DNA of 57,556 nt from Octopus bimaculoides (GCF_001194135.2 NC_068984.1:140168952-140226507); one strand, 5' to 3'; positions 36,822 to 50,627 are shown, counted from the stretch's first letter. The notes: a model not told the origin generated them from the letters alone. Program-made: numbers and translations.

Positions 36822-37198
36822 GTGGTACTCCGTCGGTTGCGACAACGAGGGTTCCAGTTGATCCGATCAACGGAACAGCCTGTTCGTGAAATTAACGTGC
36901 AAGTGGCTGAGCACTCCACAGATACGTGTACCCTTAACGTAGTCCCCGGGGAGATTCAGCATGACACAGAGTGTGATAAGGTTGGCCCTTCGAAATACAG
37001 GTACAACAGAAACAGGAAGAAAGAGTGAGAGAAAGCTGTGGGGAAAGAGTACAGCTGGGTTCACCACCACCCCCTGCAGGAGCCTCGCTTTGGGTGTTTT
37101 CGCTCGATTAACACTCACAACGCCCGGTCTGGGAATCGAAACCGCGATCCTATGACCACGAGTCCGCTGCCCTAACCACTGAGCCATTGCGCATCCAC
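36822..37198 (-). mobile_element. SINE family C
   Basis: Full-length homology. Confidence 0.85.
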
Positions 37199-38009
37199 AT
37201 ATGCATATATTATGTATGTATGTATGTATGTATGTATGTTTGTGTGCATGTTGTCATTCGTTGTGTGTGTGTGTATGTGTGTGCGCGCGTATACGTGCAT
37301 GTATGTGTGCGTGTGTATGTGAACGAGAGACAGAGAGAGAAAGAGAGAGAGATCGACAGACAGAGACAGAGAGACAGAGAGAAGGAACGGATAGTTTTAG
37401 CATTTTTCCTCAAGATTACATTGGTGTTGGTCATATTTCAATAAGAAATATTTTTATTGATTTTTAACAACAACAACTACAACAACAATTAAAAAAACAA
37501 CGAGAACTGGAACAACGTCAACAATACAAACAACAACATTACATAAACACTTTACCAAAGGCTTTTGCCGTTATTTGCAGGATATATAAAAGAAACTAAT
37601 CTCACAACATAACGTCAACAAATCCTTTTCACTGACGGAAATATGAAACAAACAAAAAAGCCGAAGTTTCAAACTTAAAGCCGATAGATTTGTCTCTAAG
37701 ATTAGAAAGTTGTGAATGTAAAATTTACTACGGTCAATATTTGTATTGTATTGTTCGCTCTATTATTTTTTGTTTCGGTTTTTTTTTTTTTTTAGTGCTT
37801 TGTAGAAGTTGTTTGTTGGGTTGGTGGTCGTGGTGGTGGTCGTAGTTGGAGGCGGGGTTTGTCTTCATACTTTTGATGTTGTGCAATACTTTTTCATGCT
37901 GTGCAATATACACGCGTGTGTGTTGGAGGTTGGCTTATATTGCTGTTTGTTGTGTGTGTGTGCGCAGATCACACGCGCGCACACAGATACAAGCACCCAC
38001 CACACGTTC

Positions 38010-38047
<38 letters not shown>

Positions 38048-38181
38048 ATGTACGAGCGTGTGTTGACGTATGTATATGTGTATACACCTATATATATATA
38101 TGTATGAGTGTGCGTGAGCATATGTGTATGCGGGTATGTGTTTATACACAAACGCACACATACATATATGTATATATATAC

Positions 38182-38213
<32 letters not shown>

Positions 38214-39079
38214 NNNNNNNNNNNNNNNNNNNNNNNNNNNNNNNNNNNNNNNNNNNNNNNNNNNNNNNNNNNNNNNNNNNNNNNNNNNNNNNNNNNNNNN
38301 NNNNNNNNNNNNNNNNNNNNNNNNNNNNNNNNNNNNNNNNNNNNNNNNNNNNNNNNNNNNNNNNNNNNNNNNNNNNNNNNNNNNNNNNNNNNNNNNNNNN
38401 NNNNNNNNNNNNNNNNNNNNNNNNNNNNNNNNNNNNNNNNNNNNNNNNNNNNNNNNNNNNNNNNNNNNNNNNNNNNNNNNNNNNNNNNNNNNNNNNNNNN
38501 NNNNNNNNNNNNNNNNNNNNNNNNNNNNNNNNNNNNNNNNNNNNNNNNNNNNNNNNNNNNNNNNNNNNNNNNNNNNNNNNNNNNNNNNNNNNNNNNNNNN
38601 NNNNNNNNNNNNNNNNNNNNNNNNNNNNNNNNTATATATATATATACCTTTGTGTCATATATATATATATATCTATATATATGTATGACAACGTTAACAA
38701 ATGTGTGATGAAAGAGAAATGAAACGGAAAAAATCTGACACTATCAAGTGAATTTCTGTGCTCAAAGTTATCCTGATTAAATAAGGCGAACACAAAACAT
38801 GGATGTGTACTTTAGCTTACAAAAGAAAAACGTTAAAAAACACTCCGGTCCTTGTGAGTAGAAATTACTTAACACCACAAGCGTGAACTAAATTCTATCG
38901 GTCTATCTTCTAGTTTATTATTTATTTATCGTTAACCCTTGATATTTAGATAAATGAATTAACAACAAAGTCGTTATCATAACTTATTTATCTGTACGAA
39001 TACATTATTAAGAGTGAACCAGGAGCAGGATTTTATGGTAACAACTTCGACACGGTCAGTTGTCTGAAAGAAGACTGCT

Positions 39080-39480
39080 CTTTACTCTTTTACTCTTTTA
39101 CTTGTTTCAGTCATTTGACTGTGGCCATGCTGGAGCACCGCCTTTATAGTCGAGCAAATCGGCCCCAGAGCTTATTCTTTGTAAGCCTAGTACTTATTCT
39201 ATCGTCTCTTTGGCCGAACCGCTACGTTACGGGGACGTAAACACACCAGCATCGGTTGTCAAGTGATGTTGGGGGGACAAACACAGATACACAAACTTAT
39301 ACACGCACATACATATACATATATCCGACGGATTTCTTTCAGTTTCCGTCTGCCAAATCCACTCACAAGACTTTGGTCAGCCCGAGGCTATAGTAGAAGA
39401 CACTTGCCCAAGGTGCCACGCAGTGGGACTCAACCCGGAACCATGTGGTTCGCAAGCAAGCTACTTACCACACAGCCATT
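39080..39480 (-). mobile_element. SINE family B, full length
   Basis: tRNA head near 39400-39478; tail (TTTACTC)n CTTGTTTCAGTCATTTGACTGTGGCCATGCTGGAGCACC. Confidence 0.9.
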
Positions 39481-39492
39481 CTTACACCTATT

Positions 39493-39523
<31 letters not shown>

Positions 39524-39834
39524 TAGTTTTTTTCATAAATGTTCAAGGGACGATCATCAATATTAGAATCAAATGGAAAACCATTTTGAGCACAAATTTT
39601 CCCAGAAACCAAACATGACAATTCTCTTAAAGAGACAAAAGTATTAATGCTATTTTGCAATAATTTTATAGACATGACAAATGTAAATCTTGCAAAATCT
39701 ACAACTGACAAAAAAGTGCCAAATTAAAACGACAAAGTGTTATCTATTTTAAATGATTTAATTTTAACTGACAGCGATTTTTTATTAAGAAGCAGTGTGT
39801 TATACGTGTGACATTAATCTCCTGTTACGGAAAG

Positions 39835-40060
39835 GGAGCGAACTGGCAGAAGCGTTAGCACGCCGGGCGAAGTGCTTAGCAGTATTTCGTCTGTCTTTAC
39901 GTTCTGAGTTCAAATTCCACCGAGGTCGACTATGTCTTTCATCCTTTCGGGGTCGATAAATTAAGTACCAGTTGTGTACTGGTGTCGAGCTAATCGACTG
40001 GGTCCCCCCCTCCCCAAAAATTTCGGGTCTTGTGCTTAGAGTAGAAAAGAATCTTTTATT
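39835..40060 (+). mobile_element. SINE family A
   Basis: Full-length homology. Confidence 0.85.
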
Positions 40061-40442
40061 GTGGAGATGCAATGGCCCAGTGGTTAGGGCAGCGGACTCG
40101 CGGTCGTGGGGTCGTGGTTTCGATTCCAACACCGGGTGTTGTGAGTGTTTATTGACCGAAAACACTTAAAGTTCCACGAGGCTCCTGCAGAGGATGGTGG
40201 CGAACCCTGCTGTACTCTTTTACCACAACTTTCTCTCACTCTTACTTCCTGTTTCTGTTGTGCTTGTAATTCAAAGGGTCAGCCTTGTCACACTCTGTGT
40301 CACGCTGAATTTCCCCGAGAACTACGTTAAGGGTACACGTGTCTGTGGAGTGCTCAGCCACTCGCACGTTAATTTCAAAAGCAAGCTGTTTCGTTGATCG
40401 GATCTACTGGAACCCTCGTCGTCGTAACCGACGGAGTGCCAC
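40061..40442 (+). mobile_element. SINE family C inserted at the tail of a family A copy, 12-bp TSD
   Basis: GAATCTTTTATT at 40049-60 and 40443-54. Confidence 0.9.
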
Positions 40443-40507
40443 GAATCTTTTATTGACTTATTAATATATCACAGCACGCTCCCAAGGATTTCTTTTATGC
40501 TGTACGT

Positions 40508-40680
40508 GTGGGTGTGCGTGGCTGTGAGGTAAGAAGTTTGCTTTCCAGCCACATGGTCGCGGGTTCAGTCTCACTGCATGGAAACTTGAACAAATTTATT
40601 CTACTATACCCTCAGATCGACCAAAACCTTGTGAGTGGATATGGGACGGAAACTGAAAGAAGCCAGTCGTGTGTGTATGT
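40508..40680 (+). mobile_element. SINE family B, 5' half
   Basis: Head homology followed by a microsatellite and a gap. Confidence 0.7.
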
Positions 40681-40717
40681 GTTTGTAGGTATGTATGTAT
40701 ATATGTANNNNNNNNNN

Positions 40718-40756
<39 letters not shown>

Positions 40757-41499
40757 CTATGCGCATATATCTATGTATATACGCAAACATACATACGTAC
40801 ATACATACATACATACAATTTACCAGTTTTACATTTGATTTTAACGTGTGCTTGTCGTGTGGAGCTGTGTCGCAAACTGCGTATCTGCGATGGATTTTCG
40901 CACACTCTCTTTCAAGCAGACTATATTCACACGTCACATTATTCAACCTGAATATCCAGCAAAACCTCCTTCCAAAAGGAAAAGTTTAGCGGTATAAAAA
41001 CAAGAACCTCGACGTTGCAAAACAACCTTCTCTAACCGCACGTCTAACCGTTCTGAATTCGAAATCTCGATGCATTAAACATTGCTTTTCAACTTCTTCT
41101 TCTGCGGGCCAATAAAGCATGCATGAACTATGTAACTTATTAAATTTAATCGACTCTGTCCTCTCCTAAATGCAGGTGGAGTCTTGCTAGTGTGATATCT
41201 TTGTGATTCATGTTGGTATTATTGCCTGCTTTAAAAAGCTGCAGTTTATTCAAATATTTCAATATTTCCATGAAAACCATCTACTTTCAGCCTTCCGTAG
41301 AATTTATTGCTTCAGTCTGCTTCAGCACGAAAACAGGATTTCTAGCAGACTGGTGTATTTTATTACTGTTGCTGTCATCGATCTTATTACGCCAGATAAT
41401 GTAGGTTAGTCATAAATAAAACTTATATGGGAAAGAATCGCAGTTTACTGAATAAATATACTTTTATTTTGTTATATTTTCATATTTAAATATATTATT

Positions 41500-41730
41500 G
41501 CATACCCTTTTACTTGTTTCAGTCATTTAACTGCGGCCATGCTGGAGCACCGCCTTTAGTCGAGCAAATCGACCCCAGAACTTATTCTTTGTAAGCCTAG
41601 TACTTATTCTATCGGTCTCTCTTGCTGAACCGCTAAGTTATGAGGACGTAAACACACCACCATCGTTTGTCAAGCGATGTTTGGGGAACAAACACAGATA
41701 CACAAACATATACACACACATACATACATA
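41500..41730 (-). mobile_element. SINE family B, 3' half
   Basis: Tail homology up to the internal microsatellite. Confidence 0.8.
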
Positions 41731-41937
41731 TATATAGCTCGTGGTTAACATTTATAGAGCAGACATATAATGAAAAGTGATCCGGCCATGACCCTCCTAT
41801 CATTTCTCTCTATCCAGTATGTCCGCTTCTAAATTGAACCTGTCAGAGGGCAGATGAACTCATAAAAGTCAGCAGTCATCTAATACTGTGTACGGAGGCT
41901 TAATACTGTTATTTCTCGTGGTAGTTCCTGCAGCAAT

Positions 41938-42000
<63 letters not shown>

Positions 42001-42699
42001 NNNNNNNNNNNNNNNNNNNNNNNNNNNNNNNNNNNNNNNNNNNNNNNNNNNNNNNNNNNNNNNNNNNNNNNNNNNNNNNNNNNNNNNNNNNNNNNNNNNN
42101 NNNNNNNNNNNNNNNNNNNNNNNNNNNNNNNNNNNNNNNNNNNNNNNNNNNNNNNNNNNNNNNNNNNNNNNNNNNNNNNNNNNNNNNNNNNNNNNNNNNN
42201 NNNNNNNNNNNNNNNNNNNNNNNNNNNNNNNNNNNNNNNNNNNNNNNNNNNNNNNNNNNNNNNNNNNNNNNNNNNNNNNNNNNNNNNNNNNNNNNNNNNN
42301 NNNNNNNNNNNNNNNNNNNNNNNNNNNNNNNNNNNNNNNNNNNNNNNNNNNNNNNNNNNNNNNNNNNNNNNNNNNNNNNNNNNNNNNNNNNNNNNNNNNN
42401 NNNNNNNNNNNNNNNNNNNNNNNNNNNNNNNNNNNNNNNNNNNNNNNNNNNNNNNNNNNNNNNNNNNNNNNNNNNNNNNNNNNNNNNNNNNNNNNNNNNN
42501 NNNNNNNNNNNNNNNNNNNNNNNNNNNNNNNNNNNNNNNNNNNNNNNNNNNNNNNNNNNNNNNNNNNNNNNNNNNNNNNNNNNNNNNNNNNNNNNNNNNN
42601 NNNNNNNNNNNNNNNNNNNNNNNNNNNNNNNNNNNNNNNNNNNNNNNNNNNNNNNNNNNNNNNNNNNNNNNNNNNNNCAACAACAATATGTATGCATGT

Positions 42700-43080
42700 G
42701 GAGGCGCAATGGCCCAGTGGTTAGGGCAGCGGACTCGCGGTCATAGGATTGCTGTTTCGATTCCCAGAACGGGCGTTGTGAGTGTTTATTGGGCGAAAAC
42801 ACTTAAAGCTCCACGAGGCTCCGGCAGTGGATGGTGGCGAACCCTGCTGTACTCTTCCACCACAACTTTCTCTCACTCTTTCTTCCTGTTTCTGTTGTAC
42901 CCGTAATTCAAAGAGTCAGCCTTGTCACACTGTGTCACGCTGAATATCCCCGAGAACTACGTTAAGGGTACACGTGTCTGTGGAGTGTTCAGCCACTTGC
43001 ACGTTAATTTCACGAGCAGGCTTTTCCGTTGATCGGATCAACTGGAACTCTCGACGTCGTAAGCGACGGAGTGCCAACAA
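42700..43080 (+). mobile_element. SINE family C with a long flanking duplication
   Basis: CAACAACAATATGTATGCATGT on both sides (42678-99 and ~43078-99). Confidence 0.9.
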
Positions 43081-43189
43081 CAACAATATGTATGCATGTA
43101 TGTACGCATACATGCATAAATATATAGAGAGACAGGCAGACAGAGACGGAGACAGAGAGAGTGTGAGAGAGACAGACAGACAGACAGAC

Positions 43190-43245
<56 letters not shown>

Positions 43246-43569
43246 TGGTGCATATAGTGCATATAGTGCATGAAAACTACATTTTTTCACGTAATTTCAA
43301 TAATTAAATCTTTTTTTCCCATTGAGACAAGTGGCACTAGTAAAATGTCTTCAAAAAATTAGAACGTTCTTTTTTCTCTATTCATTATACATCTCGTAAT
43401 TGGATTAAGTTAATTAACACTAATGATGTTATCTGTTTGTTTATTTGTTTGGCAATTTGGTATATTGTTTGTTTTCTCTTTTAGTTTGCTTCTGTGAAGA
43501 AAACGGTGTTGTGACGGGATTGGAAGCATTTTTATACGTTTGCTTTTCAGACAAAAGAAAAATAATAAC

Positions 43570-43624
<55 letters not shown>

Positions 43625-44022
43625 TAATAATAATAATGATAATACTGTATTTTTGATATCCTCCATTGTGTGTTGATTTACAGATATTCTTATGTATTTT
43701 TACCTTTCATTTTTTACTTGTTTCAGTTATTGGCTTACGGCCATGCTGGGGCACCACCTTGAACGGTTTAGTCGAAAAAGTCGAATCCAGTTCTTATTCT
43801 TTTCTGAAGACTGGTTCATATTCTGAGCAATCTTTCCTTCCTTCTTCAAGATGGCGGAATGTTTTCTTCTTGCAGCTTTCAAATTGTAGCTGTTCAAGAA
43901 AACCTTAAAGCGCGTCGGTTTAACCTGGTTGCAGAACGTCTTCAAAGGCATTCGGTTCTGCTCTTTCTCCAAATCAAACGCACAAAAATATCAGGAATTA
44001 TATATCGTTATGAAGTCAAATA

Positions 44023-44907
44023 CGAGGTTTTATCAATGAGTATCCGGACTGTTACCATAGCAACGAAACTAAAGCACGCAAGTGAAGCCGCTTGGCACAG
44101 ATTGACCTTCACCTCTGCTGTACATGCACACTATGTTTCAACGTTCTAGCTCACTTCCGCTGTTTACAGCAGTGCTTGGAAGGAAGGTGTGTAGAGTACG
44201 ACCGTCGCATTGACAATGATAAAGTTGTCATGGTGACACCTGCTCAGAGGCCTGCGCAAAATTGCAGAAAGTGTATGGAGAAGAGTGTATGAACCACACA
44301 CAAGTGTACGGGTAGTTAAGGTGTTTCCAAGATGTTCGAAGAAGTGTCGATATTGACGAACGTTCTGGGAGACCCGCAACCAGCAGAACTGAGAAAAAAC
44401 ATCGCAGATGTGCGTGCAGCTGTAAGGCGAAATTGTCGAATCAACATCCCTGATTTATGTGCAGATGAGTTACGGTTCAGTTCAGTCCATTATCACTGAA
44501 GATTTGGGTATGAGACGCGTGTCTGTCAAGTTTGCGCCAAAACTGCTTTCAGCTGACCAAAAAGACTCTCGGGTTCCAGTTGCACAAAATCTCCTTGATT
44601 GTGTCAAGATCGATCAAAACTTTTCGAAAACTTTGCTGCGTAGGCTTCTGAACAGGTATCGCCAAGCTTTTGGCAAAATTTGATGCAGATTCTCTGCTCA
44701 ACTTTCTCTGTCATGATCAATGCGACGATCCCACGCTACACACCTTCCTTCCAAGCACTGCTATAAACAACAAAATTAAGTAGAACGTTGAAACTTAGTG
44801 CGCATGCACAGCAGAGTTTGAGGTCAATTTGTGCTAAGCGGCTTTACTTTCTGTGTTTTAGCTTCGTTACTATAGAAACAGTCTGGATACTTATTAATCA
44901 GAGCGCG
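44023..44907 (+). mobile_element. Palindromic mariner derivative (5' end duplicated as long inverted arms)
   Basis: TA at 44021-22 and 44908-09. ~44635-44907 is the reverse complement of 44023-~44255. Internal reading ..ERSGRPATSRTEKNIADVRAAVRRN..SYGSVQSIITEDLGMRRVSVKFAPKLLSADQK is a mariner N-terminal half; the right arm reads MTEKVEQRICIKFCQKLGDTCSEAY. Confidence 0.85.
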
Positions 44908-44950
44908 TATATGAAATAGGCATTCGAAAGGTATATATATATATATAAAT

Positions 44951-45300
44951 AGGCGCTAGCATAGCTTTGTGGTTAACAAACTCACTTTGCAATCACGTGG
45001 TTTCGGGTTCCATTCCACGGTACGACACTCAGCTTCTACTATAGCTCTGGGCCGAGCAATGCCTTCTGAGTGAATAATTTTGTAGACGGAACCTGAAAGA
45101 AACCCATCGTATATATATATATGTGTGTGTATTTTTGTGCTTGTGTCTATTTGCTTGCATTCCTTAATCTAAGCAGTTCGGTAAAACGAGACCGCTAGAA
45201 GTACCAGACAGGTCAATCTGTTTAACTAAGATCCTTCGAAGCCATGCCCTACAATGGCTGCAGTCCAATGATTGAAACAAGTAAAGGATAAAAGATAAAA
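44951..45300 (+). mobile_element. SINE family B, diverged
   Basis: Head and tail homology. Confidence 0.65.
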
Positions 45301-46738
45301 CAGAAAAATGTAATCAATTTTAATTTCAAGACGGCAGAAGAATCTACCAATGGCTGACAATCCTTAATGGATTCAGTTCATTTGAAAAATACGAACGGGC
45401 GATATGTTAAGAGTTTTCCCAAGAGAAATATACATTCAACATCGAATCGAAACCGGAACGCTGATTAATTCTAATGCGTTAAATAACAAATATATAACGT
45501 GTTTGTAGGATTTAAGGCTAGCTGACAATGGTTGTGACGTTTATGCGTTTTAAAGATGGTCATTAATTTTGTAAGTTAAATGAAAGAGAATTAAACTTAG
45601 TTTATAAGGTCCGTTTGCTGGTAGCTTATCTTCAATTACGACAATCCTAGCCGTGCCATACACGCACATAAATAACAAATGTATAACGCATCAGCGAATC
45701 TATTCGTTTATTTTCTATCAGATAGGGTAAGTGTTGTAGTCAGTGTCTCAATATTTATGGGCATCCGAAAATTTCCTCTCGCTTCTGTTTGTTTTCGTTT
45801 TCTTTAAATGTTAAAATAACAATAGTGACAACGACAATGATATTTTGTAACAACAATAACAAACGCAACAATATTGAGTAACAACAATTGCCAGTACAAC
45901 AACAATAACAAACAACTTGACAACAATGGCGGCGACAACGACATCGATGAGACCAGCAAAAACAAGCGAAAAACAAACAATATCTGTTTGAATAAAACAT
46001 AGACAAAGAAAACGAGAAATATTAAAACTAAAGCAAGCTAGGAATCAATGTATTGCAAAGACAATACAGTTCTAAAACAATATGCGTTTTAATACAAAAG
46101 ATAAATTGTAAAGAAAGTAATATAAAAACGGTAAAAGAAGCCTTGAAACATGGCTGTAACCTTTTCTTAATGGCCAAGCGATCGTTACGATTTGACGATA
46201 AATCATTCTCGAATTTAGTCTCCCCCATACTTGTCACCACCACCGCCATCAATTTGTACATCTTTGTTATATTTTAGTGTAGTTGTTATAATCATATCTT
46301 TAATGTTTTGTTCAATTTTAATATTTTATTGTCATCAATATTTTATTTCCATAGTTAAATTTTCAAAAACAAATACCAAAAGAAACAATGTTATTTAAAA
46401 AAAAAATTTTCTCGCTTGTTTAATTTAATAGAAAGTTAATTGTCCATTTTTCGTACTTTTCTGCGTTTTGTTGGTTTTGTTTTCTTTCTCTTATTTTTTT
46501 TTGGTGCTGCTGTTTTAATTGTACGTTATTTTTAATTGTAATTTAGTCCTGTTGTATATACGAGTGTGCAGTTCTGTGTGTATATACGTGTTTTTTTCTG
46601 AATGATCATGTGTATATAATCCTGTACATTTTGTCCGTGAGTATGTGCGTGTGTGTAATATAAATATATATATATGTACGCATATGTATATAATATATAT
46701 ACATATATATATGTACATATGTATGTATATATACTTGT

Positions 46739-46797
<59 letters not shown>

Positions 46798-47350
46798 CAT
46801 ATTTATACGTGTGTGTGTTTATATTTATGTACTTATTTGTTACAAACGTATACACACTACTGAGAATGTGTGTATATGCATTTACCATGTTTCCATGTGT
46901 ATATATGTGCGGTTTTTCCATTTCCTTTCTCCACTCCTATACATGTTTCCATGTATATGTTATTGCGAATGGCTGTGAATGTGCCATTTCACATGTATTC
47001 GTATTTAATCTCATTACTATCAGAAATAAATTTATATTTTATAAACGTAACGCCATCTCTGCCACCATTGCATCTAATATCATTATTTCATACCTTCGCT
47101 ACCATTAATACAATAAATATCAATACTAGACCACAACTGTATCGTTCATCTCATAAACGTATCTCACACAAAATAAAACCCAAATGTGGTGACTTTATCG
47201 ATACTGTACACGTATGTTTATGTCCTAAGTATAACTTGAAACCCCTTTGCTCAGGAATTCTAGGGTTTTGAGGGATGTAGGACCACATCTTAGCCACTAT
47301 TGTTCCCAGGTTTTCTCGGATTTAGAGTAAATGCACCTGTCAGGGTCCAG

Positions 47351-47701
47351 AGATGACCGTCTATGGGATGGAACCTAAAATGAATGTCTATGGGATTGAA
47401 CCTAAAAAGTTTCCCTCTGAGGCACAAGTCCGGGCAAATTTGTTTATGAAAGACCAGGAGTCACCCATGCATACTAGCCTCCCCTATCTACACCACCGAT
47501 GTTATCCAAGGGAAGGGCAAAGAAGCCGATACAGCTTGGCACCAGTGACGTCACAACTCATTTCTACAATTGAGTGAACTGGAGCAACATGAAATAAAGT
47601 CCCTTACTCAAGAGCACAATACAGAGCCCGGTCCAGGAATTGAACTCACTACCTCATGATTGGGAAGCCGACGCTCTAACCGCTGAGCCATGAGTCTTCA
47701 C
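47351..47701 (-). mobile_element. Full-length CORE-type SINE with a 13-14-bp TSD
   Basis: CTGTCAGGGTCCAG at 47337-50 and 47701-14; head TGGCTCAGCGGTTAGAGC..GTTCAATTCC. Confidence 0.85.
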
Positions 47702-47929
47702 TGTCAGGGTCCAGCTATGGGTCAATTAGCATGCCACAGAATTGTTTCTGGAAGGTTATTCTCAGGCGCCCCGACGGATCCAGGCCAGATGAGACACTTC
47801 AGATCTTTAGCTACTTGTCTAAGAGAAGATAACTCCATACAAATCCTGTTATTGGCTCATGGCACTTGTTACACCGGACTAGTACAAGTTTGAAGGACGC
47901 GACAAGCTCTACGCAAACTTTGTCCACTA

Positions 47930-47931
47930 TG

Positions 47932-48002
<71 letters not shown>

Positions 48003-48184
48003 NNNNNNNNNNNNNNNNNNNNNNNNNNNNNNNNNNNNNNNNNNNNNNNNNNNNNNNNNNNNNNNNNNNNNNNNNNNNNNNNNNNNNNNNNNNNNNNNNN
48101 NNNNNNNNNNNNNNNNNNNNNNNNNNNNNNNNNNNNNNNNNNNNNNNNNNNNNNNNNNNNNNNNNNNNNNNNNNNNNNNNNNNA

Positions 48185-48265
<81 letters not shown>

Positions 48266-48320
48266 AAGAAGAAGAAGAAGAAGAAGAAGAAGAAGAAGAA
48301 GAAGAAGAAGAAGAAGAAGG
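47930..48320. repeat. Compound (AAT)n-gap-(AAT)n(GAA)n microsatellite
   Basis: Direct observation. Confidence 0.9.
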
Positions 48321-48395
48321 AGATGTCAGAAACATCTAGATAATATCCCAGGAGAACCATGTTTCAGACAAATCCAAAAGACTGTCCTTCTCGAG
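48321..48395 (+). mobile_element. Short REL retrotransposon C-terminal fragment
   Basis: CQKHLDNIPGEPCFRQIQKTVL resembles the KYIKQLPGNSNLRELQKITL segment of the 691-1680 copies. Confidence 0.5.
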
Positions 48396-48929
48396 TGGAG
48401 AGGTGATATGTGTAAGAGGGTCAAGGCACTTGTTTATGGAAACAGCCCAGTTACAGCAGAGGTTGTAAACTTACTGTCTCTGCAATACCGTCGACCAACG
48501 ACGTAAAAGGCAATCGTATGTGCATCTGTATTTGCCACCGTGCGTGTGCATATATGTATACATGTATCAGTATGTCGATTTATGTCTGTATATGTCTATA
48601 ATGAATTGTTTTAATTGATACGGAGCGTGTATCACCGAGCAACAAACGCAGGATCAAATTTCTTACAGACACACAAGAACGAAAACATTTCTCATTAGCA
48701 CAAAAGTCCTCAACAAACAAACCACAGAACGAGCTTCAAACTACCAATATAACAGAGTAATATATAAATGTTATTGTAACATTTATTAATCAAATTGTTT
48801 TATTTGTCCTACAGGCACACTATTCTCATCTGATTATGCATTTGCGACAAGCAAGGAATCATGGGGACACACAACACCGTGATATACACACACACATACA
48901 TACATACATACATACATACATACATACAT

Positions 48930-49108
48930 ACATACTCTCATTACTCTTTTACTTGTTTCAGTCATTTGATTGCGGCCATGCTGGAGCACCGCCTTTAGTC
49001 GAGCAAATCGACCCCAGGACTTATTCTTTGTAAGCCTAGTACTTATTCTATCGGTCGCTTTTGCCGAACCGCTATGTTACGGGGACGTAAATAGACCACC
49101 ATTGTTTG
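48930..49108 (-). mobile_element. SINE family B, 3' half
   Basis: Tail homology, truncated by a gap. Confidence 0.8.
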
Positions 49109-49801
49109 NNNNNNNNNNNNNNNNNNNNNNNNNNNNNNNNNNNNNNNNNNNNNNNNNNNNNNNNNNNNNNNNNNNNNNNNNNNNNNNNNNNNNNNNNNNN
49201 NNNNNNNNNNNNNNNNNNNNNNNNNNNNNNNNNNNNNNNNNNNNNNNNNNNNNNNNNNNNNNNNNNNNNNNNNNNNNNNNNNNNNNNNNNNNNNNNNNNN
49301 NNNNNNNNNNNNNNNNNNNNNNNNNNNNNNNNNNNNNNNNNNNNNNNNNNNNNNNNNNNNNNNNNNNNNNNNNNNNNNNNNNNNNNNNNNNNNNNNNNNN
49401 NNNNNNNNNNNNNNNNNNNNNNNNNNNNNNNNNNNNNNNNNNNNNNNNNNNNNNNNNNNNNNNNNNNNNNNNNNNNNNNNNNNNNNNNNNNNNNNNNNNN
49501 NNNNNNNNNNNNNNNNNNNNNNGATCCCTTGAATGCTTAAAATAGATGTCAAACCGTCTTACCACTAAATCTGCTTTGAGAACTTTGTCATAGACTAGAG
49601 AAAGAAAATGTCTGCATTATCAAAATATGCTACTGGTTTCAATTGCTATAAAAGATGATTCAGTTATGTTGAAAGAGAAAAGAAAATGAATAAAATTAAA
49701 TTAATCTTTCCTTGTATCAGTGATGGTAACTCGCATGCTCGCAACGATTTCTGTTACTAATGGCGCTTCCTTATTGAAAAATAACAACTACCAATGCTTC
49801 A

Positions 49802-49874
<73 letters not shown>

Positions 49875-50579
49875 TGATCCTGTAGCCATTAGGAAGAAAC
49901 ACAGCAACATATGACTTTTGTAAGGAAACCGTGAACTTCCAGAGCTGATATCGTGAAAGATTAATTTAATTCAATTTAGTTTCCTTTTTATTTCAGGATA
50001 TCTAAATCATTTTTTCAAAGCGATAGAAACCGGTAGAAAACTTTGATAAAAAAAACAAAATGGCGATGCTTTCTTTCTTTTATCCATGATAAAGTTCTTA
50101 AAGCAGTTTCTTTTTGTTTTTTAATATGAATTTCTTCTTGTTCAACCACTTCAGTATATATATATATATATATNNNNNNNNNNNNNNNNNNNNNNNNNNN
50201 NNNNNNNNNNNNNNNNNNNNNNNNNNNNNNNNNNNNNNNNNNNNNNNNNNNNNNNNNNNNNNNNNNNNNNNNNNNNNNNNNNNNNNNNNNNNNNNNNNNN
50301 NNNNNNNNNNNNNNNNNNNNNNNNNNNNNNNNNNNNNNNNNNNNNNNNNNNNNNNNNNNNNNNNNNNNNNNNNNNNNNNNNNNNNNNNNNNNNNNNNNNN
50401 NNNNNNNNNNNNNNNNNNNNNNNNNNNNNNNNNNNNNNNNNNNNNNNNNNNNNNNNNNNNNNNNNNNNNNNNNNNNNNNNNNNNNNNNNNNNNNNNNNNN
50501 NNNNNNNNNNNNNNNNNNNNNNNNNNNNNNNNNNNNNNNNNNNNNNNNNNNNNNNNNNNNNNNNNNNNNNNNNNNNNNN

Positions 50580-50627
<48 letters not shown>

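Noticed and set aside
37581-37690. Strong acceptor TTATTTGCAG|G
   Set aside because: All three frames hit stops within about 35 nt and no donor is nearby.
45722-45726. 5-nt microexon ATAGG between TTTTCTATCAG and GTAAGT
   Set aside because: Too short to distinguish from chance without RNA data.
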